From: an uncultured delta proteobacterium | Lineage (GTDB): Bacteria > Desulfobacterota > RBG-13-43-22 | Direction of reading: 5' to 3' | NCBI GenBank assembly: GCA_963843145.1 | Contig: CAWJJC010000020.1 | Location: forward strand, 352,001-416,000 | DNA: 64,000 nt | Part shown: one piece after another, positions 1 to 10,512 of the stretch | Layout of the letters: the number at the start of each line of letters is the position of its first letter | How positions within the stretch are numbered: position 1 is the stretch's first letter | Position numbers and translations under genes: made by a program | Notes under the pieces: model-generated | What the model saw: the letters and a program-made list of their open reading frames with translations, nothing else | Told to the model about the DNA's origin: nothing | Databases searched by the model: none

Positions 1-645
1 CAGTTGCGGCTGCGGGATTTGGGCGGATTAATTGTGATCGATTTTATCGATATGAAGGAGTCTAAGCACCGTAATGAAGTTCAGCGGATACTTAAGAACC
101 ACCTAAAAAAGGACAAGGCCCGCACGACCCTCGGACGCATTTCCAAGTTTGGAATCCTGGAATTATCCCGGCAGCGTATCCGACCGCCCATTCAATTCGG
201 GACCTATTATACCTGCCCCACCTGCCAAGGAAAGGGCCAGGTTCGCTCGGTGGAAACCCTCGCCCTTTCCTATCTACGAAAAATCTGGCTGGGGATCTCC
301 AAGGGCACCGTATCCAGCGTCAAAGGGATTTTACCGGTGGAAGTGGCCCATTACCTGTTGAACCGCAAACGGGAGGACCTGCTTCGTCTGGAATCCCGCC
401 ACGAGGTGACCATTCACCTGGAAGGTCAGGCCCATATTTTGCCCGAGGAGGGACGGCTGGAATTCAAAAAGAAAGAATCACCGGAAGCCGTTGACTCCCA
501 GCCGGAGTCCCGGGAAAGCGATCTGGAAAAAATGGAATCCAGCCCGCCTCAGGTTGCCCCGAACTATTGGCAAACCGCCGAAAATTATCTGGTGTCGGAG
601 GCCCAAAAAGTTCCCCATCCCCGGCAATCTAAACCCGAACGATGA
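1..645 (+). CDS. Rne/Rng family ribonuclease, C-terminal part (5' end outside window)
   Basis: LRLRDLGGLIVIDFIDM, ISKFGILELSRQR and the CPTCQGKG zinc-link motif of RNase E/G. Confidence 0.93.
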   Translation, partial: QLRLRDLGGLIVIDFIDMKESKHRNEVQRILKNHLKKDKARTTLGRISKFGILELSRQRIRPPIQFGTYYTCPTCQGKGQVRSVETLALSYLRKIWLGISKGTVSSVKGILPVEVAHYLLNRKREDLLRLESRHEVTIHLEGQAHILPEEGRLEFKKKESPEAVDSQPESRESDLEKMESSPPQVAPNYWQTAENYLVSEAQKVPHPRQSKPER

Positions 646-1493
646 TCATAGATATTCACACGCACATCTTTCCCCCGGAAATCGTCGCTCGTCGGGAACT
701 CTTCTTCCCCGGCGAATCGGCCTTTCAGCTCCTCTATGAAGACCAGAAAAAATCCCCTCTGGCCACGAGCGAAGGCCTCATCGCCGCCCTCGACACCCAT
801 CAGGTCCAGGGGGCCGCAACTTTCGGCTTTCCCTGGAAACAGTCCGCTCTGATTCGCCGGTCCAACGAGTATGTTTTAGAAGCCGTACGCCGTTTTCCTC
901 AACGGCTGGTCGGATTCGTCTGCTTAAACCCCGAACTCCCCGACACCTTGGAAGAAGCCCGGAGGTGCCTCCGAGCCGGGATGAAAGGAATCGGAGAACT
1001 CGCCCTCTATGGTTCTTCCAGCCCACACGCCTGGAAAGAGTTGTTCAGCCCCCTGGCCCGACTGGCGGCGGACTGGGGCGTTCCCTTGCTGCTCCATACC
1101 AACGAGCCGGTGGGCCACCCTTATCCGGGAAAGGAACGTCTGCCGCTCTGGGACCTCTATGAATTGATTCAGTCCTTTCCGGAAACCAAATTCATCCTGG
1201 CCCACTGGGGGGGTGGACTGTGGTGGTATCAACTCCTGAAGCGGGAAGTCCGGGAAGTACTCAAAAATACCTATGTGGATACAGCCGCTTCACCTTATCT
1301 CTACCGCCCGGAAATTTACCGCTTCGCCATCGACATCCTCGGCGTCGATAAAATCTTGTTCGGGAGCGATTATCCCCTTCTGGCGCCGGACCGTTATAAA
1401 AAGGAACTGCGGGAAGCTCAGGTCGAGGGAGAGGACTGCCGGGCCATTTTTGGAGGGAATGCCCAAAAGCTGCTGCAGTGGCCTTCTCCCTGA
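642..1493 (+). CDS. amidohydrolase family protein (Amidohydro_2)
   Basis: IIDIHTH metal motif, ILAHWGG and KILFGSDYP; overlaps the upstream stop (ATGA). Confidence 0.9.
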   Translation: MIIDIHTHIFPPEIVARRELFFPGESAFQLLYEDQKKSPLATSEGLIAALDTHQVQGAATFGFPWKQSALIRRSNEYVLEAVRRFPQRLVGFVCLNPELPDTLEEARRCLRAGMKGIGELALYGSSSPHAWKELFSPLARLAADWGVPLLLHTNEPVGHPYPGKERLPLWDLYELIQSFPETKFILAHWGGGLWWYQLLKREVREVLKNTYVDTAASPYLYRPEIYRFAIDILGVDKILFGSDYPLLAPDRYKKELREAQVEGEDCRAIFGGNAQKLLQWPSP

Positions 1494-1550
1494 CTTAGCT
1501 ACCCGCTCCTTCCGGTCTTTCTGATCAAAAAAAAGGAGTGCTCAAATTTC

Positions 1551-3839
1551 ATGCCGCGCCGCTCTGTGTTAAATAAATCCTCGACAGGTGCCCTTTGCAA
1601 TCAACCTGCCAGTAATTTGGAGTCTCTGGAGCAGGCAGCCGAAGCCCTGAAGGAATCGGATATCCGCTTCAAAACCATCGTCCAAACCTTGCCCAGCATC
1701 CTGCACCTCATGGACCGCCGGAAGCGAACGTATTACATCAGCCCCAACTGTGAAAAGATCGCCGGTTATCCGCCGGAAATCCTGAAAAAGATCGGCAACT
1801 GGATTCATCCCGAGGATATTGCCAAGGTCCAGCGCTTCTTCGATCAAGGTTACCGGGAGAAAAAGGGCGGAAGAAATTTTGAATACCGGGCCGTCAGGAA
1901 GAACGGAGAGATCTGGATCGCCTCGGCCTCCTGGGAGCCGATCATAACAGAGGACGGGTCTTTTCGAGGATTTGTAGTTCAAACCGCTGATGTGACCGGG
2001 CAAAAACAGACGGAAAAAGCACTGCTGGAATCGGAACTCAAATACCGGACCCTGGTTGAAACGCTCCCGGCCGTGACTTATTTGGCCTCCCCTTTCAATC
2101 CGGCGGAGTTGTTTTTTATAGCTCCCCAAATAAAGGATCTGCTCGGATATTCGGTTGAAGAATGGTTGTCCACCCCGAAAAACTGGTCCCGACAGCTCCA
2201 TCCGGAAGATCGCTCTCGCCTGACCAAGGCGGCCCGGCATTCCGGTAAGACCGGGGCCCCTTTTATCCAGGAATACCGGTTGCTGACCCGGGACGGACAC
2301 ACCCTCTGGGTCTTTGACCAGGCCTATTTGTTAAAGGATTTTTCAGGGAACCCTCTCTATTTTCAAGGGATTGTTCAGGATATCACTGTTAGGAAAAAAG
2401 CCGAAGAGCGCTACCGGCAGGTGGTGGAAAACGCCGATGAAGCCATCCTGGTGATTCAGGATAACCAGGTCAAATTCGCCAACCCCAAGTCGGAGGGAAT
2501 TTCAGGTTATTCCATCCAGGAACAGATGACCAGGTCTTTTCTGGATTTTATACATCCCGACGACCGAGCCCTAGTCCAAAACAACCATCTTCGGCGTTTG
2601 AAAGGTCAAAAATCACCCAGCCGCTATAACCTTCGTTTCCTGCATAAAAAAGGAGAGATACGGTTTTTGCGTCTGAACCTCAAATTGATAACCTGGGAGA
2701 ACCGGCCGGCTTCCCTGGTCTTTGCCACGGATATTACCAAGAGCAAAGAAGCCCAGGATCTCCTCCGGGAAAGCCAAGAAAGATACCGGTCTCTGATCGA
2801 AGCCACAGACACCGGCTTTGTTATTTTAAATGAAGAGGGCCAGGTCATGGACGCCAACCTCCAGTATGTCCGGATGACCGGACATCACCGTTTGAAGGAA
2901 ATTATAGGACGGGGAGTCGAGGAGTGGACGGAGGAAAATGAGCGGGATAAAAACCTGGCCGCCGTCAGGGAGTGTTCCCGTCGGGGATTTATTCGTGGCC
3001 TGGAGATTAGTTACCGGAATCCACGAGGTCAGAAGACCTCGGTGGAAATCAATGCCACCGTAGTGAAAGGTGCCGAGGGGCCCCGGATTTTTTCGCTGGT
3101 GCAGGATATTACCCAGCGCAAGGCTACCGAACTGGCCCTGAAAGCCTCCCGGCGGCAACTACGCAATCTTTCGGAACACCTGCAAACCATCTTGGAAAAA
3201 GAGAAAAAAGAAATCTCCCGCCGTATTCACGACGATCTGGGTCAGCAACTGACCGCCATGAAAATGGATCTGTTTTGGCTCAACCAGCGCCTATCTCCCG
3301 ATCAACCGGCTTTGTCCGAAAAAATCAAGTCCCTCACCCGTTTGATCGACGGCTCGATCCAAACCATTCAAACGATTTCCAGAGAACTGCGTCCGCCCCT
3401 GCTGGAACACCTCGGCTTGACCGCCACCCTGGAATGGCAACTTAAAGACTTCCAAAGCCGCACCGGCCTAAAGAGTTCTCTGACCATCTCCCCCCGGCAG
3501 TTGACCCTGGATCCGGAGAATTCCACACTGATTTTTCGTTTAGTTCAGGAGATGTTGACCAATATCATTCGCCATGCGGAGGCCCAAGCGGTAAAAATTA
3601 CTTTGAAAAAATACGAGAATCGGTTAAAATTAATCGTTAGTGATAATGGTCTGGGAATTGCGTCGGACCGGATCAATGACCCCCAATCCTTGGGTTTAAT
3701 CGGAATGCGAGAGCGGGTCTACGCCCGGGGGGGGACAATTCAAATTCGGGGAATCCATCAGGTCGGGACAAAAATTGCCGTCGAAATTCCATTAAACAGA
3801 AAGGAGAAAAGCCATGATAAAAATATTAGTCGCCGATGA
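1551..3839 (+). CDS. multi-PAS sensor histidine kinase (HisKA_3, NarX/UhpB type)
   Basis: Four PAS/PAC repeats, H-box RRIHDDLGQQLT, ATPase motifs EMLTNIIRHA, SDNGLG and GLIGMRER. Confidence 0.92.
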   Translation: MPRRSVLNKSSTGALCNQPASNLESLEQAAEALKESDIRFKTIVQTLPSILHLMDRRKRTYYISPNCEKIAGYPPEILKKIGNWIHPEDIAKVQRFFDQGYREKKGGRNFEYRAVRKNGEIWIASASWEPIITEDGSFRGFVVQTADVTGQKQTEKALLESELKYRTLVETLPAVTYLASPFNPAELFFIAPQIKDLLGYSVEEWLSTPKNWSRQLHPEDRSRLTKAARHSGKTGAPFIQEYRLLTRDGHTLWVFDQAYLLKDFSGNPLYFQGIVQDITVRKKAEERYRQVVENADEAILVIQDNQVKFANPKSEGISGYSIQEQMTRSFLDFIHPDDRALVQNNHLRRLKGQKSPSRYNLRFLHKKGEIRFLRLNLKLITWENRPASLVFATDITKSKEAQDLLRESQERYRSLIEATDTGFVILNEEGQVMDANLQYVRMTGHHRLKEIIGRGVEEWTEENERDKNLAAVRECSRRGFIRGLEISYRNPRGQKTSVEINATVVKGAEGPRIFSLVQDITQRKATELALKASRRQLRNLSEHLQTILEKEKKEISRRIHDDLGQQLTAMKMDLFWLNQRLSPDQPALSEKIKSLTRLIDGSIQTIQTISRELRPPLLEHLGLTATLEWQLKDFQSRTGLKSSLTISPRQLTLDPENSTLIFRLVQEMLTNIIRHAEAQAVKITLKKYENRLKLIVSDNGLGIASDRINDPQSLGLIGMRERVYARGGTIQIRGIHQVGTKIAVEIPLNRKEKSHDKNISRR

Positions 3840-4443
3840 CCACCCCATTGTCCGCCAGGGACTCAAACAAATCCTTTCCGAGTACCCCGACATGACAGTC
3901 GCCGATGAAGCCGGTACCGGCAAGGATGTCCTGGCCAAAGTCGGAAAGAAAGACTTTGATATCGTCCTGTTGGACATTTCCATGCCCGGCCGGAACGGGC
4001 TGGACATCCTTAAGGAATTAAAGACTAAGAAACCAAAGTTGCCGGTCTTAGTGCTGAGCATTTACCCCGAAGATCAATATGCCGTGCGTGTTTTGAAATT
4101 GGGGGCGGCCGGGTACCTGACCAAAGAGAGCGTTCCCGAGGAACTAGTGGCGGCGATTCGCAAGGTGGCCCGGGGCCGTAAATACGTAAGCAGCAGTTTA
4201 GCCGAAAAACTGGCCACCGACCTGGAAATCAATGCGGAGAAATCGCCTCACGAGAACCTTTCCGACCGGGAATATCAGGTCATGTCCATGATTGCCTCCG
4301 GAAAGCGGCTCAAGGAAGTGGCGGAGGAGCTCTCTCTGAGCATCAAGACGATCAGCACCTACCGCTCCCGCATCATGGAAAAGATGAATATGAAAAATAA
4401 TGCCGAGTTGATCCGGTACGCGCTGCAGAATGGCTTGGCTTGA
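3814..4443 (+). CDS. NarL/UvrY-family response regulator (REC + LuxR HTH)
   Basis: ILVADDH, LLDISMPG, and LSDREYQV...KTISTYRSRIMEK. Confidence 0.95.
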   Translation: MIKILVADDHPIVRQGLKQILSEYPDMTVADEAGTGKDVLAKVGKKDFDIVLLDISMPGRNGLDILKELKTKKPKLPVLVLSIYPEDQYAVRVLKLGAAGYLTKESVPEELVAAIRKVARGRKYVSSSLAEKLATDLEINAEKSPHENLSDREYQVMSMIASGKRLKEVAEELSLSIKTISTYRSRIMEKMNMKNNAELIRYALQNGLA

Positions 4444-4452
4444 ACAAAAACC

Positions 4453-4494
4453 TCTACCTCCTCCCTAAGAAGCCCGCTTAGGGATGGAGGTAGA
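4453..4494. terminator. long inverted repeat just after the response regulator (terminator-like or REP-like hairpin)
   Basis: TCTACCTCC-TCCCTAAG ... CTTAGGGA-T-GGAGGTAGA, a 17-bp stem with one bulge. Confidence 0.5.
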
Positions 4495-4765
4495 TCATTT
4501 CCATTGAGGGGAAAAGCGCACCTGTCGTTTACCCTTTCATTCAATAAGCCGGCCGGGAATACGAATTCGCTTTCGAATCTTATTCCGGGACCTATCCCCA
4601 ACAGGTATTTACTTCCTCTCTGGCAGAAGGAGTGCGCCCCGGCCTTACCGGCCACACCGGTCGGAAGAATACATTTAAACTATCTTCGGTCCTATCACTC
4701 CCCAAAAAACATCTGGGCCTTCTTTTCATCAAAATATAACTATACCCCCGAGAAGGAAATTCAAA

Positions 4766-5575
4766 ATGACACGGCAGCCGTATGTAATGGAAAGCGAAGA
4801 CGAATCGATCCGTCTGGACATCAAAACAGATCCCCGAACGGTTCAAAAATTTGCCCGCTGGGCCGGAATCCAAGCGGGAATGAAGGTGGGGGATTTTGGC
4901 TGTGGTCCGGGCAAGACCAGTTATTATTTGAACCGTCTGGTTCAGCCGGGGGGATCCACCTTGGGGATCGACATCTCAGCCCAACGAATTGACTACGCCA
5001 GAATTCATTTTCCTTCCCCAGGGTTGGATTTTGTCACCGCGGATATCCGAGAATCGCTCGATGCGCACGGTCCTTTCGATTTCATTTGGGTCCGTTTTGT
5101 GTTGGAATACTATCGCTCTTCCGGGTTCGAAATCGTCAGAAATATTTCTTCCGCCCTCCAACCGGGAGGGGTTCTTTGTCTGATCGACCTGGACTATAAC
5201 TGTCTGTCTCATTTCGGGTTTTCATCTACCCTGGAAAAGGCGATGAACGGGGTGATTCAACACGTGGAACAGCGGGCCGACTTTGACCCTTACGCAGGAC
5301 GGAAGCTATATTCTTATTTGTTCGACCTGAATTTTTCCGAAATCCGGGTTAAGATGGACTCCCATCATCTGATCTACGGCAAGGTCAAGGAAAAAGACCT
5401 TTTCAACTGGACTCAAAAGGTGGAAATCGCCGCCCGGCAATCAGGATATGGGTTTAAGGAGTATGAAAACGGTTTTCAAGGTTTTCATTCCGAGTTTCAA
5501 GCTTTTTTCCATGATCCTCGGCGTTTCACCTATACGCCGGTTATCTGTTGTCGCGGGAGAAAATCCGGGTCTTAA
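4766..5575 (+). CDS. class I SAM-dependent methyltransferase
   Basis: VGDFGCGPG motif I, GIDIS, FDFIWVRFVLEY and LQPGG. Confidence 0.9.
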   Translation: MTRQPYVMESEDESIRLDIKTDPRTVQKFARWAGIQAGMKVGDFGCGPGKTSYYLNRLVQPGGSTLGIDISAQRIDYARIHFPSPGLDFVTADIRESLDAHGPFDFIWVRFVLEYYRSSGFEIVRNISSALQPGGVLCLIDLDYNCLSHFGFSSTLEKAMNGVIQHVEQRADFDPYAGRKLYSYLFDLNFSEIRVKMDSHHLIYGKVKEKDLFNWTQKVEIAARQSGYGFKEYENGFQGFHSEFQAFFHDPRRFTYTPVICCRGRKSGS

Positions 5576-6039
5576 AATATTTTCAGTTTTATCCCCTCCC
5601 ACTGATTCAACTCCTGGAAAAGGAGCCCCTTCCCCCGGGGGTGGAATTGGTGGACGGCGGAACCTCTACCCTGGACATCCTGCCCCTGTTAAAGGAGGCC
5701 GATAAAATCATTTTGGTCGATGCCCTGCAGGCCCGGGGAGAGCCGGGGAGCATTTACCGCTGCCGCCCCCAGGACCTGATTCCTGCCGAGGACGCGCCCA
5801 TGTCCCTTCACCACATCGATTTTGTCCAGGCCTTAAAAATGGCCAAGCTCCTGGGAGACGACCTGGAATCACGGACCATCATCTTTGGGGTGGAACCCCA
5901 GGAAATCGGCTGGGAAATCGGCCTGACTCCGCCGGTTCAGGAAAAAATGCCCCTCCTCCAAAAGCTGGTTGTCGAGGAGGCCTTAAAGGACGACCGGGTA
6001 TCGGCCCTTTCCGGCCCCCTGGATCGGGGCTTAACTTAA
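5548..6039 (+). pseudogene. hydrogenase maturation protease (HyaD/HybD family), N-terminally truncated
   Basis: VELVDGGT, IILVDA, SLHH and GVEP motifs present; the N-terminal G-I-G-N...D-E-G motif is missing. Confidence 0.7.
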
Positions 6040-6470
6040 CCTTTTAATTCCGATGTACACTGGGGACAACGGGTCGCCTTGATCGGGATGGCCGAAAAGC
6101 AGAACGAGCATTCCTTGGTATTGGGCGGCGCCGGTGGCGGCGCCTTTTTAAGCCGGTTGATCTGCTGGATCACCAGAAAAATCGCCAAGGCAATAATCAC
6201 AAAATCGATGATGGTATTGAAAAATAGCCCGTATTTGATGACCGGTACACCGGCGGCCTTGGCCTCCGCCAGGGTGGCCACCGATTTGCCGGAGAGGTTG
6301 ATAAAAAGCTCACTGAAATCCATTTTCCCCAGCAACAGTCCGATGGGGGGCATAATTACATCGGCCACGAAAGAACTGACGATCTTCCCGAAAGCGACCC
6401 CGATGATGATGCCCACGGCCATGTCCAGCACATTCCCCTTCATGGCAAATTCCTTGAACTCTTTCAACAT
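6036..6470 (-). CDS. mscL: large-conductance mechanosensitive channel with C-terminal zinc-ribbon
   Basis: [24 protein letters not shown]; C-terminal CxxC...CxxC. Confidence 0.95.
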   Translation of the reverse strand: MLKEFKEFAMKGNVLDMAVGIIIGVAFGKIVSSFVADVIMPPIGLLLGKMDFSELFINLSGKSVATLAEAKAAGVPVIKYGLFFNTIIDFVIIALAIFLVIQQINRLKKAPPPAPPNTKECSFCFSAIPIKATRCPQCTSELKG

Positions 6471-6615
6471 GACAAATATCTCCTTTCGGTGATGGGTTGA
6501 ACTGAGAAGGTTATAAAACGATAACCCGCTGAACGCTGATTTCGTCCTCCCCCCCTTTAATTTCGGTCAGGAAAGGCTTGCTTTTAACGCAAAAAATTGA
6601 CAAGATGATAAAGAG

Positions 6616-6731
6616 GACGCTTCGCCCTTTTGGGTAAGTACCTCTTCATAGCTGGTATGACCGCTGGGACCCGGCGGCCACAAAGGACTGATTTCAGACC
6701 AAGCTGCCAAATAAAATTAGGGCGAACAACC
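6616..6731. mobile_element. short MITE-like element, internally deleted copy of the 34970-35287 element
   Basis: Shares GACGCTTCGCCCTTTTGGGT exactly, plus CTGGTATG, CGGCCAC..GATTTCAGA and the GGGC.A.CAACC end. Confidence 0.6.
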
Positions 6732-6760
6732 GGACAGAGATTTATTATAATTCCATTATC

Positions 6761-7595
6761 ATGAGCAGACCCTGAAAAAATAAGGCAGCGGATTGAGGAA
6801 GACAAGAAAAGACATCCTCAGTACGAGCCCTTTTTGGACTTTTGGGAACAGTTGCTGTCCATCCAGTCGGCGTTTATGGCCCAAGACCCCGGGGAAGCGC
6901 TTCCCAACACTGAACCGCTTAAACGCCTTAAATTCAATGAGGGATTTCCTTTTTTTTCTTTCAAGAATTTTCCGGTCGACGCCGTTCGTTTCCGAAACCT
7001 TTTTCAGGAAATCCTCAAAGGGACCCGCGCGGCCAATCCCAAAATGACCGAACAAATCCCTTTGATTGAAAAATGGTTAGCCGGTGAAGGCCGAAACCTG
7101 GAACCCTGGCTGACCCTTTTGTTTCAGGAGGACGGTCAACCCTTTATTCAGGCGGCGGCCTCCTGCGGTCTGGACCCCGAGATTTTATTGTTTCTTTTCT
7201 TAGCCTCCTGGAAGCCTTTCCTCAAATTTCAGGCTCAGGCCCTGGCCCGGGATCCCGAGTTGGACTGGGCCACCTGGTCCAAGGGTTATTGCCCGGTCTG
7301 CGGCGGCAGGCCTCTGTTGGCCTATCTGGAGGAAGGGGGAAAACGCTTCGGGACCTGTTCCGTCTGCGAATTTACCTGGGCTCTCCCCCGGTTTGTCTGC
7401 CCCTATTGCGACAACAAGGAGCAAAAGAATTTTCGCTATTTTTTCTCGGAAAAAGAGAAGGGCCTTCGCCTGGAGGTTTGCGAGGCCTGCAAGCATTATT
7501 TGAAAATCATCGACCTGAGGGAACGGAGGGTGGATCCTCTCCCCGCTGCTGGACGACTTGGTGACGACGCATCTGGATCTCTGGGCCAGAAATAA
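6761..7595 (+). CDS. fdhE: formate dehydrogenase accessory protein FdhE (probable indels at both ends; ORF track 6834-7595)
   Basis: CPVCG, CSVCE, CPYC and LEVCEACKHYLK motifs; ATG at 6761 is out of frame and the C-terminal LDDLVTTHLD motif lies in another frame. Confidence 0.8.
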
Positions 7596-7648
7596 GGGCT
7601 ATCAAAGGATACCCCTTTCCGACCACTTGTTCTAATCGCGGATAGCCT

Positions 7649-7978
7649 GTGAAAATTTCTTTTAAGATCTGGCTGGAAGAGGAAGATCATCGGGTCCGCT
7701 TCGGGGATGGACGCCGCCAACTCCTCCAGGCCATTGCCGATCACGGATCCCTAGCCCAGGCGGCCAAAAAAATGAATATGTCTTATCGGGCGGCCTGGGG
7801 CCGCCTTAAGGCCTCGGAGGATCGTTTGGGGTATTCTTTGGCGGAAAAAGATACCACCTTGGGAAAACGAGGCGGATTACGTTTAACGCGGGAAGGCAAA
7901 GCGTTGCTGGAAAAATTCACCGCCATCCACCAAACCCTGGCGCAACGGGTGACCGAACTGGAAAAAGAATATTTTTGA
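7649..7978 (+). CDS. ModE-like winged-helix regulator (N-terminal domain only)
   Basis: FGDGRRQLLQAIADHGSLAQAAKKMNMSYRAAW...GGLRLT. Confidence 0.85.
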   Translation: MKISFKIWLEEEDHRVRFGDGRRQLLQAIADHGSLAQAAKKMNMSYRAAWGRLKASEDRLGYSLAEKDTTLGKRGGLRLTREGKALLEKFTAIHQTLAQRVTELEKEYF

Positions 7979-8469
7979 AAACCACCACTCCTCACCCTTG
8001 GACGGAACTGGAAAAAACCCTCATCGGGGAATTGACCGGCGATCTGGAGATCATCCCTCAGCCTTTTTTGCCGTTGGCCGAACGCCTGGGTCTTTCCCAT
8101 CGCCGGCTGCTGCTGATGATTCGCCGCTTGCAGCGGGACGACGTTATCCGTCGTTTCGGGGCCACCCTGCGCCATCGCAATTCGGGTTTTAAAGCCAATG
8201 CCATGGCGGTCTGGCAGGTCCCCGAGGACCGGATCGAGCCCATCGGACGAGCTATAGCCGCTTTCCGGGAGGTCACCCACTGCTACCATAGAAAACCCCA
8301 TGCCGATTGGCCCTACAACCTGTATACCATGATCCACGCCGCCACCGAGGCCCGCTGCCGGGAGGTGGCCCAAACCATATCTCAATCTGTCGGCCTGGAG
8401 GCGTACCGGCTGCTGTTCAGTCACCGTGAATTAAAGAAAACCACCATGAGGTATTTTCATCATGAATAA
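7975..8469 (+). CDS. ahbB: siroheme decarboxylase beta subunit (AhbB/NirH, Lrp/AsnC-like fold)
   Basis: IRRFGATLRHR..GFKANAMAVW, VTHCY, WPYNLYTMIH and ELKKTTMRYF; adjacent to hemL. Confidence 0.85.
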   Translation: MKTTTPHPWTELEKTLIGELTGDLEIIPQPFLPLAERLGLSHRRLLLMIRRLQRDDVIRRFGATLRHRNSGFKANAMAVWQVPEDRIEPIGRAIAAFREVTHCYHRKPHADWPYNLYTMIHAATEARCREVAQTISQSVGLEAYRLLFSHRELKKTTMRYFHHE

Positions 8470-9757
8470 GACCTATACCCGCTCCGAATCGCTTTTTGAA
8501 CGCAGTCAACGGGTGATTCCCGGGGGAGTTAACAGCCCAGTCAGGGCCGCCCGGTCGGTCGGGGCCTGCCCTTTATTCATTGCCCGGGCGGCGGGTTCCA
8601 GGATTGTCGATGTGGACAACCAGGTTTATATCGATTACGTCGGATCCTGGGGCCCTATGATTCTGGGGCACGCCCACCCCCAGGTCCTCGAGGCCCTCAA
8701 CCAGGCTGCCTCTCTGGGAACCAGTTATGGTGCCCCAACGGAGGCCGAAGTGCTGCTGGCTGAAAAAATCGTGGCCTCCGTGCCTTCGGTGGAGAAAGTC
8801 CGCTTGGTGAGCTCCGGAACGGAGGCTACCATGAGCGCCGTTCGTCTGGCCAGGGCCTACACCCAACGCCCGGTAATCGTCAAGTTTGACGGCTGCTACC
8901 ACGGGCATGGAGACAGTTTCCTGATCAAAGCCGGTTCCGGCGTGGCCACCCTGGGCATCCCCGGCAGCCCCGGGGTTCCTCAGGAAATTGCCGCCCTGAC
9001 CGTTTCGCTGCCCTACAATGACCTAAATTCCGTGCAGCAACTTTTTCATGAAAAAGGCGGGCAAATAGCGGCCTTGATCGTCGAACCGGTGGCGGGCAAC
9101 ATGGGGGTCGTGCCGCCCCGACCGGGATTTCTGGAAGGACTCCGCGAGGTAACTTCCCAATCCGGTTCTTTGTTGATTTTTGACGAGGTCATTACCGGCT
9201 TTCGGGTAGCCTTGGGGGGAGCGCAGGAACTTTTCAACATCCGGCCCGATCTGACTTGTCTGGGAAAAATCATTGGGGGCGGGTTGCCGGTGGGGGCTTA
9301 CGGTGGGCGGGAGGAAATCATGTCCTGGATCGCCCCGGTCGGCCCGGTGTACCAGGCGGGGACCCTCTCCGGAAACCCCCTGGCCACTGCCGCCGGCCTG
9401 GCTACCTTGAATCTTTTATCGGAAAAGGATGTCTACCCGCAACTGGAAGAAAAGTCGGCCTTTTTCTTCGGTAAGCTGGGGGCCATCGCCCAAAGCCAGG
9501 GGCTCCCCTTCCAGGTTGCCCGCGTCGGATCTCTGGGCAGCTTTTTTTTCTCCCGGGAACCGGTGACGGATTTCACTACCGTACAGCAGGCCTCGGCCGA
9601 GGCCTACGGTCAATTCTTCCGGGCCATGCGGGAACGCGGCGTTTACCTGGCTCCCTCGGCCTTTGAAGCCCTGTTCATCTCCCTGGCCCATTCCCGGGAA
9701 GATCTGGAAATAACCTTGGCCGCCGCGGAAGAATCCTTTCGGGAAATAGAATTTTAG
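8462..9757 (+). CDS. hemL: glutamate-1-semialdehyde 2,1-aminomutase
   Basis: IPGGVNSPVRA, SSGTEATMSAVRLARA, FDEVITGFR and LGKIIGGGLPVG. Confidence 0.97.
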   Translation: MNKTYTRSESLFERSQRVIPGGVNSPVRAARSVGACPLFIARAAGSRIVDVDNQVYIDYVGSWGPMILGHAHPQVLEALNQAASLGTSYGAPTEAEVLLAEKIVASVPSVEKVRLVSSGTEATMSAVRLARAYTQRPVIVKFDGCYHGHGDSFLIKAGSGVATLGIPGSPGVPQEIAALTVSLPYNDLNSVQQLFHEKGGQIAALIVEPVAGNMGVVPPRPGFLEGLREVTSQSGSLLIFDEVITGFRVALGGAQELFNIRPDLTCLGKIIGGGLPVGAYGGREEIMSWIAPVGPVYQAGTLSGNPLATAAGLATLNLLSEKDVYPQLEEKSAFFFGKLGAIAQSQGLPFQVARVGSLGSFFFSREPVTDFTTVQQASAEAYGQFFRAMRERGVYLAPSAFEALFISLAHSREDLEITLAAAEESFREIEF

Positions 9758-9779
9758 CCAAAAATATTTTTACTGTTGG

Positions 9780-10415
9780 CTAAAATTTTATATAGGGGTT
9801 CTCCTTTTTCTCCTTCCCGATAGTGGAAGTCGGCCGATCGCCGTAATCATGGCCCGGACGGACCACGGTCTCATCCGGCAGCGTAAGGATTTTATCCTTA
9901 AGGGATTGAAGCAAAGTCTCCGGCGACCCGCCCGGAAGATCCGTCCGGCCCACGGCCCCAACAAAAAGCGTATCCCCGGTGAAGAGGTTATTTCGTCCGT
10001 ACAGGCAGATCCCGCCGGGGGTATGTCCCGGGGTATGAATCACTTTCAACGTCTCCTGCCCAAAGGCAATCACGTCCCCGTCCCGCACCCTCCAATCCAC
10101 CGGGGGCGAAGGCCGAAAGCCCATCTGCTGGGCCAGGATACGGCTGGAAGGGCTGTCGGACCACCGGGCATCCGCCTCATGCATGACGATCCGGGCACCG
10201 GTTTTATCTTTCAGCAACTGGTTGCCGCAAGTATGGTCCGGATGTCCGTGGGTATTGATGAGATACACGGCTTCCAGTTTTTTTTGTTGCAGGACCCGGT
10301 AAATATGTTCCTCACTACCGGCCGGGTCGATCAGCACGCATTTCAGGCTCTGTTCACAACCCACGATGTAGCAGAAGACCGCCATTTGCCCCACCATCAT
10401 TTGTTTAAGGATCAT
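9780..10415 (-). CDS. MBL-fold metallo-hydrolase (glyoxalase II-like)
   Basis: THGHPDH, HTPGHTPG, FTGDTLF and PGH; likely start ATG 10415. Confidence 0.9.
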   Translation of the reverse strand: MILKQMMVGQMAVFCYIVGCEQSLKCVLIDPAGSEEHIYRVLQQKKLEAVYLINTHGHPDHTCGNQLLKDKTGARIVMHEADARWSDSPSSRILAQQMGFRPSPPVDWRVRDGDVIAFGQETLKVIHTPGHTPGGICLYGRNNLFTGDTLFVGAVGRTDLPGGSPETLLQSLKDKILTLPDETVVRPGHDYGDRPTSTIGKEKKENPYIKF

Positions 10416-10512
10416 AACCTGGGTTCTCCCGAGGGATTCGCTTTTTCTTGCTTTCATTCTTCCATATTTATTATAGTAATTCAATTAATCCGTTCAGCAG
10501 AAGGAGGACCCC

